A DNA stretch of 64,000 nucleotides from an uncultured virus (IMG/VR IMGVR_UViG_3300020414_001760) (Duplodnaviria > Heunggongvirae > Uroviricota > Caudoviricetes), in the IMG/VR virus record IMGVR_UViG_3300020414_001760; one strand, given 5' to 3'. The position numbers were made by a program, and so were the translations under genes. Shown piece by piece: positions 27,093 to 36,800 of the stretch (its first letter is position 1; each line of letters opens with the position of its first letter). Under the pieces are notes generated by a model. The model was given only the letters and a program-made list of their open reading frames with translations, was not told the origin of the DNA and searched no databases.

Positions 27093-28343
27093 ATGATAAA
27101 AGTCTATGGCGATGTTATGCTTGACCGTTGGATAGTAGGAGAAGCAAACAGAATGTCACCAGAAGCACCTGTACCTGTACTGCTAGAAAATCATCAAGAA
27201 TGGTCAATAGGTGGTGCTGGTAATTTAGCACTAAACATTCAAAGTCTAGGAACAGAAGTAACTTTAATAAGTGTTACGGGCAAAGACAAAGAAGGTTATA
27301 AACTATTAGAACTTTTACAAGACTCAGGAGTAGAATGTGCAGTAGGCGGCGACCTAGAAACAACAACTACAAAAACAAGATTAGTTGCAAAGGGTGGACA
27401 ACATATTGTACGTTGGGATAGAGAAGTATTATATACAGGCGAACATTCAATAGATAGATTAGATTCACACATTAGAAAAGGTGACATAATTTGCATAAGC
27501 GATTATGCAAAAGGAACTGTAAGACGAGATACAGTTGCTAACTTACTAGAAAAAGAAGTAAAAATTTTAGTTGATCCTAAACAAGATGCAAACTTTTATT
27601 ATGGAGCATACCTTGTAAAACCAAATATGCAAGAATACGAAGCATGGTTTGGCAAGTGGGATCAAAAAGAAGCTCTTAGACAAATGCAAAGATTCAATTG
27701 GACTTGGCTAGTTGTTACAGATGGTGCAAATGGTATGCACGTACTAAACATACTAGATGAGTACAAACATTTTAGTGAACCTGTAAAAGAAGTTGCAGAC
27801 GTTACTGGTGCAGGAGATACCGTAATGGCAGTTATTGCCTATGGTATTGATAAAGGCATGGACATATTTGAAGCCTGTAAAATGGCTTGTTATGCCGCGG
27901 CTAGAATAGTAGAAAAACGTGGTGTTGCAATAATACAACAAGACGATTTGGAACGCAATATCGTATGGACTAATGGGGTGTTTGATATACTGCATACTGG
28001 CCATTTAAAGCTACTTAGACACGCACACACGCTTGGAAAACGCCTTGTGGTGGGCATTAATAGTGATTCCTCGGTAAAGCGTTTAAAAGGCGAATTAAGA
28101 CCCATTAACGATCAAGAAACACGTAAAGAAGCACTACTTAATCTAGGCTTTGTAGACGATGTAGTTATATTTGAAGAAGATACACCATACGAAATAATCA
28201 AAGAAATACAACCAGACATTATTGTAAAAGGTGGTGATTATACTACCGAAACAGTTGTAGGAAATGACATTGCCAAAGTAGAAATTTTTCCAACTGTAGA
28301 AGGACATTCAACAACTAAAACTATTGAAAGAATGAAAGCATGA
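27093..28343 (+). CDS. hldE: Bifunctional heptose-7-phosphate kinase / heptose-1-phosphate adenylyltransferase
   Basis: GDVMLD, RMSPEAPVPV, GGAGN, SDYAKG, DVTGAGDT (PfkB-type kinase); TNGVFDILHTGH, GINSDSSVKRLKG, KGGDY, GHSTT. Confidence 0.93.
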   Translation: MIKVYGDVMLDRWIVGEANRMSPEAPVPVLLENHQEWSIGGAGNLALNIQSLGTEVTLISVTGKDKEGYKLLELLQDSGVECAVGGDLETTTTKTRLVAKGGQHIVRWDREVLYTGEHSIDRLDSHIRKGDIICISDYAKGTVRRDTVANLLEKEVKILVDPKQDANFYYGAYLVKPNMQEYEAWFGKWDQKEALRQMQRFNWTWLVVTDGANGMHVLNILDEYKHFSEPVKEVADVTGAGDTVMAVIAYGIDKGMDIFEACKMACYAAARIVEKRGVAIIQQDDLERNIVWTNGVFDILHTGHLKLLRHAHTLGKRLVVGINSDSSVKRLKGELRPINDQETRKEALLNLGFVDDVVIFEEDTPYEIIKEIQPDIIVKGGDYTTETVVGNDIAKVEIFPTVEGHSTTKTIERMKA

Positions 28344-29182
28344 GAATATTAGTTACAGGACACAAAGGATTTATAGGAAAAAATTTATGTGCATACTTGC
28401 AACATAAAGGACATCAAGTTGAAGGCTTTGAATGGGAAATAAACAAGGTACCTGATCCTGCACCATATGATAGAGTAATACATTTAGGAGCAATTAGTTC
28501 AACTACAGAAAGAGATGTTGAAAAAATCCTAATGCAAAACTTAGAATTTAGTCAAAGGCTTTTACAATTATGTAATGACAACGGCACAACCTTTATGTAT
28601 GCCTCAAGTGCAAGTGTATATGGTGATGTACAAGCATACAAAGATATAAGAGCTGTAAAAGAAACTGATCCTGTATATCCTATGAGCCCTTATGCTTGGA
28701 GCAAGTATCTATTTGATAAACTTGTAATGGAAATACCTGAATACATGATTAACGTGCAAGGATTTAGAATCTTTAATGCGTATGGTCAAGGAGAAGAACA
28801 CAAAGGCGAACAACAAAGTGTCTTTGGCAAGTTTGATTTACAAGCTAAAAATTTAAGAAAGATTAAATTGTTTGAAGGTAGTGACGGCATACACAGAGAT
28901 TTTATTTGGGTTGGCGATATATGTCAAATTATAGAAAAGTTTTTAGACGTAGATGAAACAGGAATTTGGAATTTAGGAACAGGTGTAGCACCTACATTTA
29001 CTGACATAGCTAAAGGTTATGCAGAAATACATGGTGCAGAAATTGAGTATGTACCTATGCCTGCAAACTTAATTGGACAGTATCAGTTCTATACGTGTGC
29101 AGATACTACTAAACTAATTAATAGTATAGGAAACTACAAGTTTAAGACTATACAGGAGTATATAGATGCCAGCAAGACATAG
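28340..29182 (+). CDS. hldD: ADP-L-glycero-D-manno-heptose 6-epimerase
   Basis: TGHKGFIG, HLGAISSTTE, YASSASVYG, YAWSK, EEHKG, RDFIWV, QYQFYTCAD; follows hldE. Confidence 0.88.
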   Translation: MRILVTGHKGFIGKNLCAYLQHKGHQVEGFEWEINKVPDPAPYDRVIHLGAISSTTERDVEKILMQNLEFSQRLLQLCNDNGTTFMYASSASVYGDVQAYKDIRAVKETDPVYPMSPYAWSKYLFDKLVMEIPEYMINVQGFRIFNAYGQGEEHKGEQQSVFGKFDLQAKNLRKIKLFEGSDGIHRDFIWVGDICQIIEKFLDVDETGIWNLGTGVAPTFTDIAKGYAEIHGAEIEYVPMPANLIGQYQFYTCADTTKLINSIGNYKFKTIQEYIDASKT

Positions 29183-29582
29183 TGGTAAGGTAGACAAAGG
29201 TTGGGGATACGAATTAATTTGGGCAACCAACGATTTATACTGCGGAAAAATTATGGTATTTGAAAAGGCAGGCTCCAAAATGTCTATGCACTTTCATAAA
29301 GAAAAAGACGAAAGCTGGTTTGTAAATCAAGGTAGTTTTAAATTAAGATATATTGATACCCAAACTGCTACACCTATGGAAGTTGTTATTAAAGCAGGAG
29401 ATACTTGGAGAAATCCTCCACTGATGCCACATCAACTTGAAGCAATTGAGCCTGGTAGTTCAATTACTGAAGTTAGTACTCCAGATTCAATTGAAGATAA
29501 TTATAGGCTTGCTCCGGGTGATAGTCAAAAGGATCAAGTAGATGCTAGTACACAAGAAACAGCTCAACCACAACAAGGATAG
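29166..29582 (+). CDS. Cupin, sugar-isomerase-like
   Basis: KGWGYE, SMHFHKEKDESW, PHQL, EVST and DNYR motifs. Confidence 0.8.
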   Translation: MPARHSGKVDKGWGYELIWATNDLYCGKIMVFEKAGSKMSMHFHKEKDESWFVNQGSFKLRYIDTQTATPMEVVIKAGDTWRNPPLMPHQLEAIEPGSSITEVSTPDSIEDNYRLAPGDSQKDQVDASTQETAQPQQG

Positions 29583-30225
29583 TTTTGTCCACCAATCAAG
29601 GTTCTTAGCAAACCAAATTGCTAACGAGATTGCTATACCTAATGGATTAGCAAACACACCACACCCTAGCTTATGTACTGCTTGTAGTCCGCATTATAAT
29701 TTGTTTACAAGTACTATGCCAGAAATATATTATTTGTATAAAGACATACAAGAATTTTTTAAAACAGAAATACGTACAAATACTAATCAAGGTTATTGGA
29801 TAGTAGGTTGGTTAAATTATTGGCCTAACAAAGGTGAAACATTAGACTGGCATGGACACGACTATGGTGGCGGTACTAATTGCTTTCATGGTATATATGG
29901 TGTGAACTGTGAACCAAGTTATGCAGAATACAGAGAAATAGGTTCAGAGGATATACAAAAAGTTGAGAATAAAAATGGTCAATTATTAATTACAAGCTCA
30001 ACTAATATGGAACATAGAATAAGTGATTGGAACGAAGAAGAGCCACGCATAACTATCGCATTTAACATTCAACCTATTGATACTATGCTACAACATATCC
30101 AGACACCTAAAGTTAATCCGGCAAATAAGGTCGGTTTACAATTACATCAAGACAATTTAAGAATGAATCAACCTGGTAGTTTTATGCCAGGCGGTAATCC
30201 ATTAAACTATTACGTGCCACTATAA
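29542..30225 (+). CDS. Putative 2OG-Fe(II) oxygenase
   Basis: GWLN, WHGH, HGIY, EHR and RITIAFN double-stranded beta-helix motifs. Confidence 0.65.
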   Translation: MLVHKKQLNHNKDSFVHQSRFLANQIANEIAIPNGLANTPHPSLCTACSPHYNLFTSTMPEIYYLYKDIQEFFKTEIRTNTNQGYWIVGWLNYWPNKGETLDWHGHDYGGGTNCFHGIYGVNCEPSYAEYREIGSEDIQKVENKNGQLLITSSTNMEHRISDWNEEEPRITIAFNIQPIDTMLQHIQTPKVNPANKVGLQLHQDNLRMNQPGSFMPGGNPLNYYVPL

Positions 30226-30800
30226 TGAAATACGAAAACATATTCCCAACTGGTATACTTGTACATGATGTTCCTGTATGGGTAGCTAATCAAGTAGAAA
30301 AACTTGTAGAAGAACGTGTGGACAAATTACAAAGACCAGATGACAATGCTCCTCACGCCACGGATTATTTTGAAAAAGAAAAAGTTATAGATCTAAAATA
30401 TGACACACCTGAGCTAAAATCAGAAATAGATATGTGTGTTAGAGATTATCAAAACAAAAATGCAATGAACAGAATACAAGAAGGTTATACATATAACTGG
30501 TGGACACAAGATTACAAGGAAGGTGATATTCATAATGAACATCATCATAACGTAGGACAAATCAGTGGTGTATATTATGTACGTGCTAATGAAAGTGCAG
30601 GAGGAATAATGTTTAGAAATCCAAATCCTTTTGTTGAATACGGACATACAATGAGAGAAGCGTCACCTTACTCTTGGCAAGAATATGTATATCAACCTGT
30701 CAAAGGAAGAATATTAATGTTTCCTAGTTACTTGAAACATACAGTTTTACCTAGTGGAAAAGATTGTATTAGAACTGTTATTGCTTTCAACGTAAAATAA
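30225..30800 (+). CDS. Putative 2OG-Fe(II) oxygenase (TIGR02466-like)
   Basis: HHH, ISGVYYV, FPSYLKHTV and RTVIAFN motifs. Confidence 0.8.
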   Translation: MKYENIFPTGILVHDVPVWVANQVEKLVEERVDKLQRPDDNAPHATDYFEKEKVIDLKYDTPELKSEIDMCVRDYQNKNAMNRIQEGYTYNWWTQDYKEGDIHNEHHHNVGQISGVYYVRANESAGGIMFRNPNPFVEYGHTMREASPYSWQEYVYQPVKGRILMFPSYLKHTVLPSGKDCIRTVIAFNVK

Positions 30801-33800
30801 TTACGCCTGAGCTTCACCCCAACGTATAATAATATTCGCATTGGTATCTGCACCAGCCGCCTTATAAACGTTAATTGCTAAAACGTCAGGTCCATTCGGG
30901 AACGTACCTCTACCACCTAGTGTAGTATTAGTTAATTCTTTCAATGTACCTAAGTCCAATGTAGATGTTGCACCTGGTGTTGCAATAAATGAAAATACTG
31001 TTTCACCTGGCTGTGCGTAAGGTGGTTGACCAAATAAGAACCCTACAGTACTTCCTGCTGTAATATTCTGCAACGAACTCTGTGTAAACGTAACTCTGTA
31101 ATATTCTACACCACCAAATACTAATGGTCCTTGTACAGCAGAAACGTATGTACCACCTGGAAACTTACTATCGTTAACCTCAGTACCTGCAATAGCACCA
31201 GTTGCCTCCCAACTTGTTTTTGTAAAGTATAGGAAGTTTGTTTTGTTTAATGCACCAGTAGGGTTAATTGACATTGTAATAGTTTCACCGTTACTAACCT
31301 GACCGTTACTGTTTCTATTATTAAATCTTAAGTATGGAGGATTATACCAATCTAAAATTTCTGTTAGTGTTGTATTAGCTGGGAAGTCGGACGGTGATCC
31401 GTTACCAGTTGCTGTAACTGTTACACCTGTTGTTAGTCCATTAGCAACCGCTGTGCTATAAGAAGCACTTGTAATTCTATGATAAATCCAGTTGTTAGTA
31501 TTACCACTCTTGGTAACATCAAGTGTCATCTCTGCTACGGTTGTTGCATTTCTAGTTACCTGAGTTGCACCTGTTGACCATACAACAGATCCACCCGGGG
31601 CAATCTGAGCAAAACTTGGCTGTCCACCAGCCGCTGAACCCGTTAAAGGTGCCCAACCAACGTCACCTGGATCAAGTGGATAGTTTTGTGGATTTAGAAT
31701 TCCTTCAACAACAATTCCACCTACGATTGGGTTACCACTTCCGTCAGCACCATCTGATGTGATCTCAATACCTTCAAGTAGTAGCTGAGCTCTGTTTAAC
31801 AATTCTCTTTCACCTAAGTCACCTACGATTGCGTTTGATACACTAGGTGCTAGTCTTAACATGAACACAGTATTTCTTGTTGATGAAATAACGTTTCCTG
31901 TGGAAGTATATGAAAAGATGTAACCTCTATCACTGTCAAATCCGCCATCTGTTTGGAAAGCTGATCCCCAGTGTGATATGATCGGTGTAATAGTATTACT
32001 AATCAATATAACACCTGTACGTTCTGTGTGCGTTGCGGCAACACCTGCCGTATATGTTCTTGTTGCACCAGCGGCATAGTTTGTTAATGGAGCACTTCTA
32101 GTACAACCTGTTAACGTATCTCCGTTAACACCTGTGTACTGAATCATTTCATTGTCAATAATAACTGTACCTGTACTTGGGAAGAACGAAGCATCAACTA
32201 ACGGTATTGTAGTTTGTGCATCTGTCATATCCGCCGCTAACTTATCGTTAGGACCTTCATTGGTCACTTCATATCTAACCGGCATATTACCTGTACGCAT
32301 ATATGCTTCTGTGTTAATGTTTGAGTTTCTCATTCTGTGATAGAAGATAAAGTTACCATCATCACCACGTAGCATCCAGTCAATGAATCCCGCACCGTAC
32401 CAACTGTACTGAATCCCAATCATCTGCATCTTAGAGATGTCCATGATATATCCTGACGAGCCTGTGCCGTCTAATTTATCTTTGTTAAAGTCTGCTTGTT
32501 TTGTTTTCTTATCAAATACCAAACATAATTTGGCACCAGTTGCTGGTGTTACACCTCTAAAGTCTGGTGTTACATTCATCTGTGTTTGACTTGATACTGT
32601 TGATACAACGTGTGTCATACCCTTAATAACAATTCTATCACCTGCTTTTACTTGATCTCTAAATCTTGTTCCAATACCTGTAATTGAGTTTGAATCTACG
32701 CCGATGCTAATTGTACCTGATAACTGTAATGTCGAAGTTCTTTGAACAGCATTAAAGTTTGTACCATCGTATTCCTGGAAAATACCATTCTGATCATCAA
32801 ATGCACCCGAACGTACAGTTGCACCATGCCAGTATAATAATGAAACTTGAGCTTTCGGACTTAACACAGGAGTTATGCTACCAACGTCTGTAGTTGCAAT
32901 AACTCTAAATGTACGTTCACTTGTAATACTTGCTACAGTATATTCTCCGTTGTATCCTGGAGTTTCAATACCAATCAATTTAATTTGTCCACCAACTTGT
33001 AATCCGTGGTCAACATCGTCTGTAGTTACATTAATAAACGAACCTTGTGTGGTTGCATCTGCTGTAACTTCTAATAAATCATAACTTGGAGCAAACAAGG
33101 CACCAGTTGTATACATGATACCCTTACCTGATTGGTATCTAATGTATTTTTTACTCTGTCTAATTGCCTGTGCACCGTGTTGTGGTCCACCTGTTCCTAG
33201 CTGAACACCTCCATCATATGGTCTGTGTACAAAGAACGAATCTGGTCTTGGATATAAAATAGCAGTAATGTCACCAACAGCACCAATGGCTCCTGCCGCT
33301 CTACACTGATATCTTAATGTTGTACCACTTGGAACCTGCTGTGCAAAGAATGGTCCTTCTAATAATGTATGATTGTTTACACCATCGTCGGAACTTACCG
33401 TTACCAAGAACGAATCTCCTGGTATCAATCCGTGTGCTGTTGTAAACGAAACTTCAACTGTTGCCAATGCCGCAAATGATAGTGTAGTATTTTGTGGTAT
33501 AGCCGCTGTCATGTTCTCTGACATAGTTACAGTACTGTATGATTTAACAACCGTACCTGCTACTGCCGTACCTGAACTTGTTACACTAACAACACCACCG
33601 TCTGTTGCAACTTCTGTAATTGTTACTACAGCATCGTTAGTTGGAGTTTGTCCACCTAAACTTGTACCTAATAATTTAATCTTGTTTCCTACTTGATAGT
33701 TTAAGCCATCATTGGATACTGTTGCAGTTGAATATGCTCCTGCATTTCTTGTTATGTTGAATGTAGCATTTGAACCATTGTTAGCCAAGTTCTGTCCACC

Positions 33801-36800
33801 TACGTTTGTGTAACTTCCTGTACCTGAAGGTCCTGTACCTGAACCACTAATACCTGTAATAGCACCAGAGGCATCTACACTTGTAATATTAATTGTAATA
33901 TCGTTAGCTGGACTTACACCACCAACCTGTGTACCTTGGATCTTAATGTTTTGATCTGTAAAGTAATCTTGTCCTGGTGTGTTTATTGCATAACTGTAAG
34001 TACCATTTGTAATTGTAATATCAAATGAAGCAGTACTACCTGTTAAGTTAGTTGCTTCTCCGTCAAACTGACTTAAATCTGTAATTGTTTTTGTATCTAA
34101 AGCTGTACCAGTAATAGTAACTGTTAAGATTTCACCAGTACCACCGTCAACTGTTGCAACTGTGATTGTTGCGTTGTTTGTTACGTCAACACCACCTAAT
34201 GCACTACCTAGTATAACAAATTCTTCACCGTTCTGGTATCCTGTACCACCAACTGGAACTGTTACTGAATAAGCTGTATCTAATCTTGTTACGTTAAATT
34301 CTGCATTTGCACCACCAACTGTGTTTGAAGTGTAAGCTGGATTGTTATAACTTTCAGTGGCATCTGGAGCAGTACCAGTTACACTAATTGTATTAATTCT
34401 TCCTGTGCCGTTTACAGCATCAATTTTTACAATAGCATCATTGGCCGGACTTGCACCACCTACGTTTGTTCCGTCAATTCTTAATCTATCACCTACAGCA
34501 TAACCTGATGTTGCATCTGCGGCCGTACCTACAAAGCTAAAGTTTGTAATACCACCTGCACCATTTACTGCTGAAACTGTAATTGTTAAATCGTTCGTAG
34601 CAGTTATACCACCAAATACTGTACCATCAAATACAATAGTGTTTCCTACGGCATAATTTGTTCCTACTTCATTACCTTGTGTTACTGTGTAGCTGTTATT
34701 ATAGTTAACAGTAACATTAAATGAAGCCGCCGCTCCAATTATGTTTGAAGCTGAAGTAATTGCTGTAAATGTTCTGCTGTTACTTGCTGTACCAGATATA
34801 CTAATTGCTGTAATAACCCCCGAACCGTCAACACTATCAATAGTAATTGTAGCATCGTTTGTTGAACTTGTACCACCAATGTTACCACCATCAATTAAAA
34901 TAGTTTCTGCGGCACTATATCCTGATCCTGTTTGTGAAAGACTTGCCGCATAAGTTGTTCCATTGTAACTTATATTAAATTGTGCTCCACTACCTACACC
35001 ACTGTATGAGTATGCAGGTTCTGTAAAGTTATTTTGTGCATCTGGTCCTGTACCACTTGATGTAAATCCTGTAATACCACCACTACCGTCAACACCAGTT
35101 ACTGAAATTGTAATATCGTTTGAAGCGTCTCCGCCAAATTCTGAACCATTAATTTTTAATGCGTCACCTACTATGTATCCTGTTTCAGCCGCGCCTGCGT
35201 TTTCTGTTACTGTATAGTTATTGTTTGTTAATACAACGTCCCAAGATGTACCTGTACCTGTACCACCCTGTGTAACACCTGATGCATTATTGGCATACGT
35301 TGGTTGTGCTAAACTTACTGAATAAGCATTGTTTGTATATGTTAAATCAAATATTGCACCTAAACCATTACCGTTCATGTTTTGACCAGCTTGGTTAGTG
35401 TAACTTCCGTTACCGTCAAATGCTGAACCTGTCGCAGTAAAAGTAACTACTGATCCACTTGAATCAACAGCGTCAACTGTAACTCTACAATCGTTAGTTG
35501 GACTTTGTCCACCTAATTGGTTACCAAGTATAACAATAACGTCATCAACTTCGTAGTTATCACCACCCGTACCATTTAGTACAACTGTATAATTTCCACC
35601 TGCTCTACTAACATCAAATGCCGCTCCAAAACCTGCGGAGTTATAGTTCTGTCCTGCAACTGCATTGTATTGAACATTGTTACCAACAATAGCACTTGTT
35701 GTATTACCATCTAGGTTAACTGTATTTCCTACGATAGAACTTACGTGGATTGCAGTACCATCTCCTCTATCAATGGCCTGTCCTGCTAATATTCCTGTTA
35801 CGTCACTTAATGCAATCGAGTTTACTCCACCTGCATAGTCACCTGCAACAGACCAAGTAGCTATTTCACCACCTGAACCTGTAACAACTGTAACCTGTGC
35901 ACCACTTCCAACGCCTGTTCCATCTGTAACACTTGCGACTAAGAAAGTTAAGTCTGGAGCACCACCGCCACCTAATGAACCATCTGGTACTGTAATAGTA
36001 TCGCCTACTGCGTTATTTCTACCACCTAAAAATCCACTAGCTGTTGCGGCACCTGTGCCGTCAACTACGATAGTCATTGTACCTACAATTAATTCTGCAA
36101 CAACACTTGAAGATGATGCGTTTGATACTGTGTAAGTTCCTGCTGTTCTACTTGCGTTAGCGGCCGAATATGTGTTTACTGTTGCAATCTGTCCATCAAC
36201 GTTTTGCATCGGAGCACCAATCTCTGGTGTGTCACCTATCCATGTAACTTTATCTCCACCAACGGTTGTAGCTAATGGGTTGGTAAACGTTCCTGCTGTA
36301 CCTTGTGAAAGAATAGTAAATGTTGGAGTACCAATCGCCGCTCCTGTATAAAATCCACCCTGTCTTAATTGTGTATAATAAGTTGAAAGCACTTGATTGT
36401 TTGCTGTACCAACTTTTGATTTTGCAAAATATGTAAATGTGCTTTGTGTAGGAACTGTGGATACAACAAATGATCCTTCTGCTCTACTTGCCCCTTGGAT
36501 ACTATTTTCTAATGCCTTAATTGTAATAGGTGTACCAGCTTCAATACCGTGAGCACCTACTGTTGTAACTGTAATTAAACTTTGACCAACACCACCTGTA
36601 CCTGTTGAAGCATCTGTTTTAACACTTGCAACTTCTTTATCAGTACCTGGTACTTCGTAAATACTTGGATAACCTCTTTGCATACCAATGGCTTGCCACT
36701 TCGTAGGCTGTAGCCCGTACTCAAAGTCAGCGTCAAGCATCGATATGGAGTTTGAAACCCTCATACGTTCAATAGCATCAACACCAAAGTCAAATGGTTT

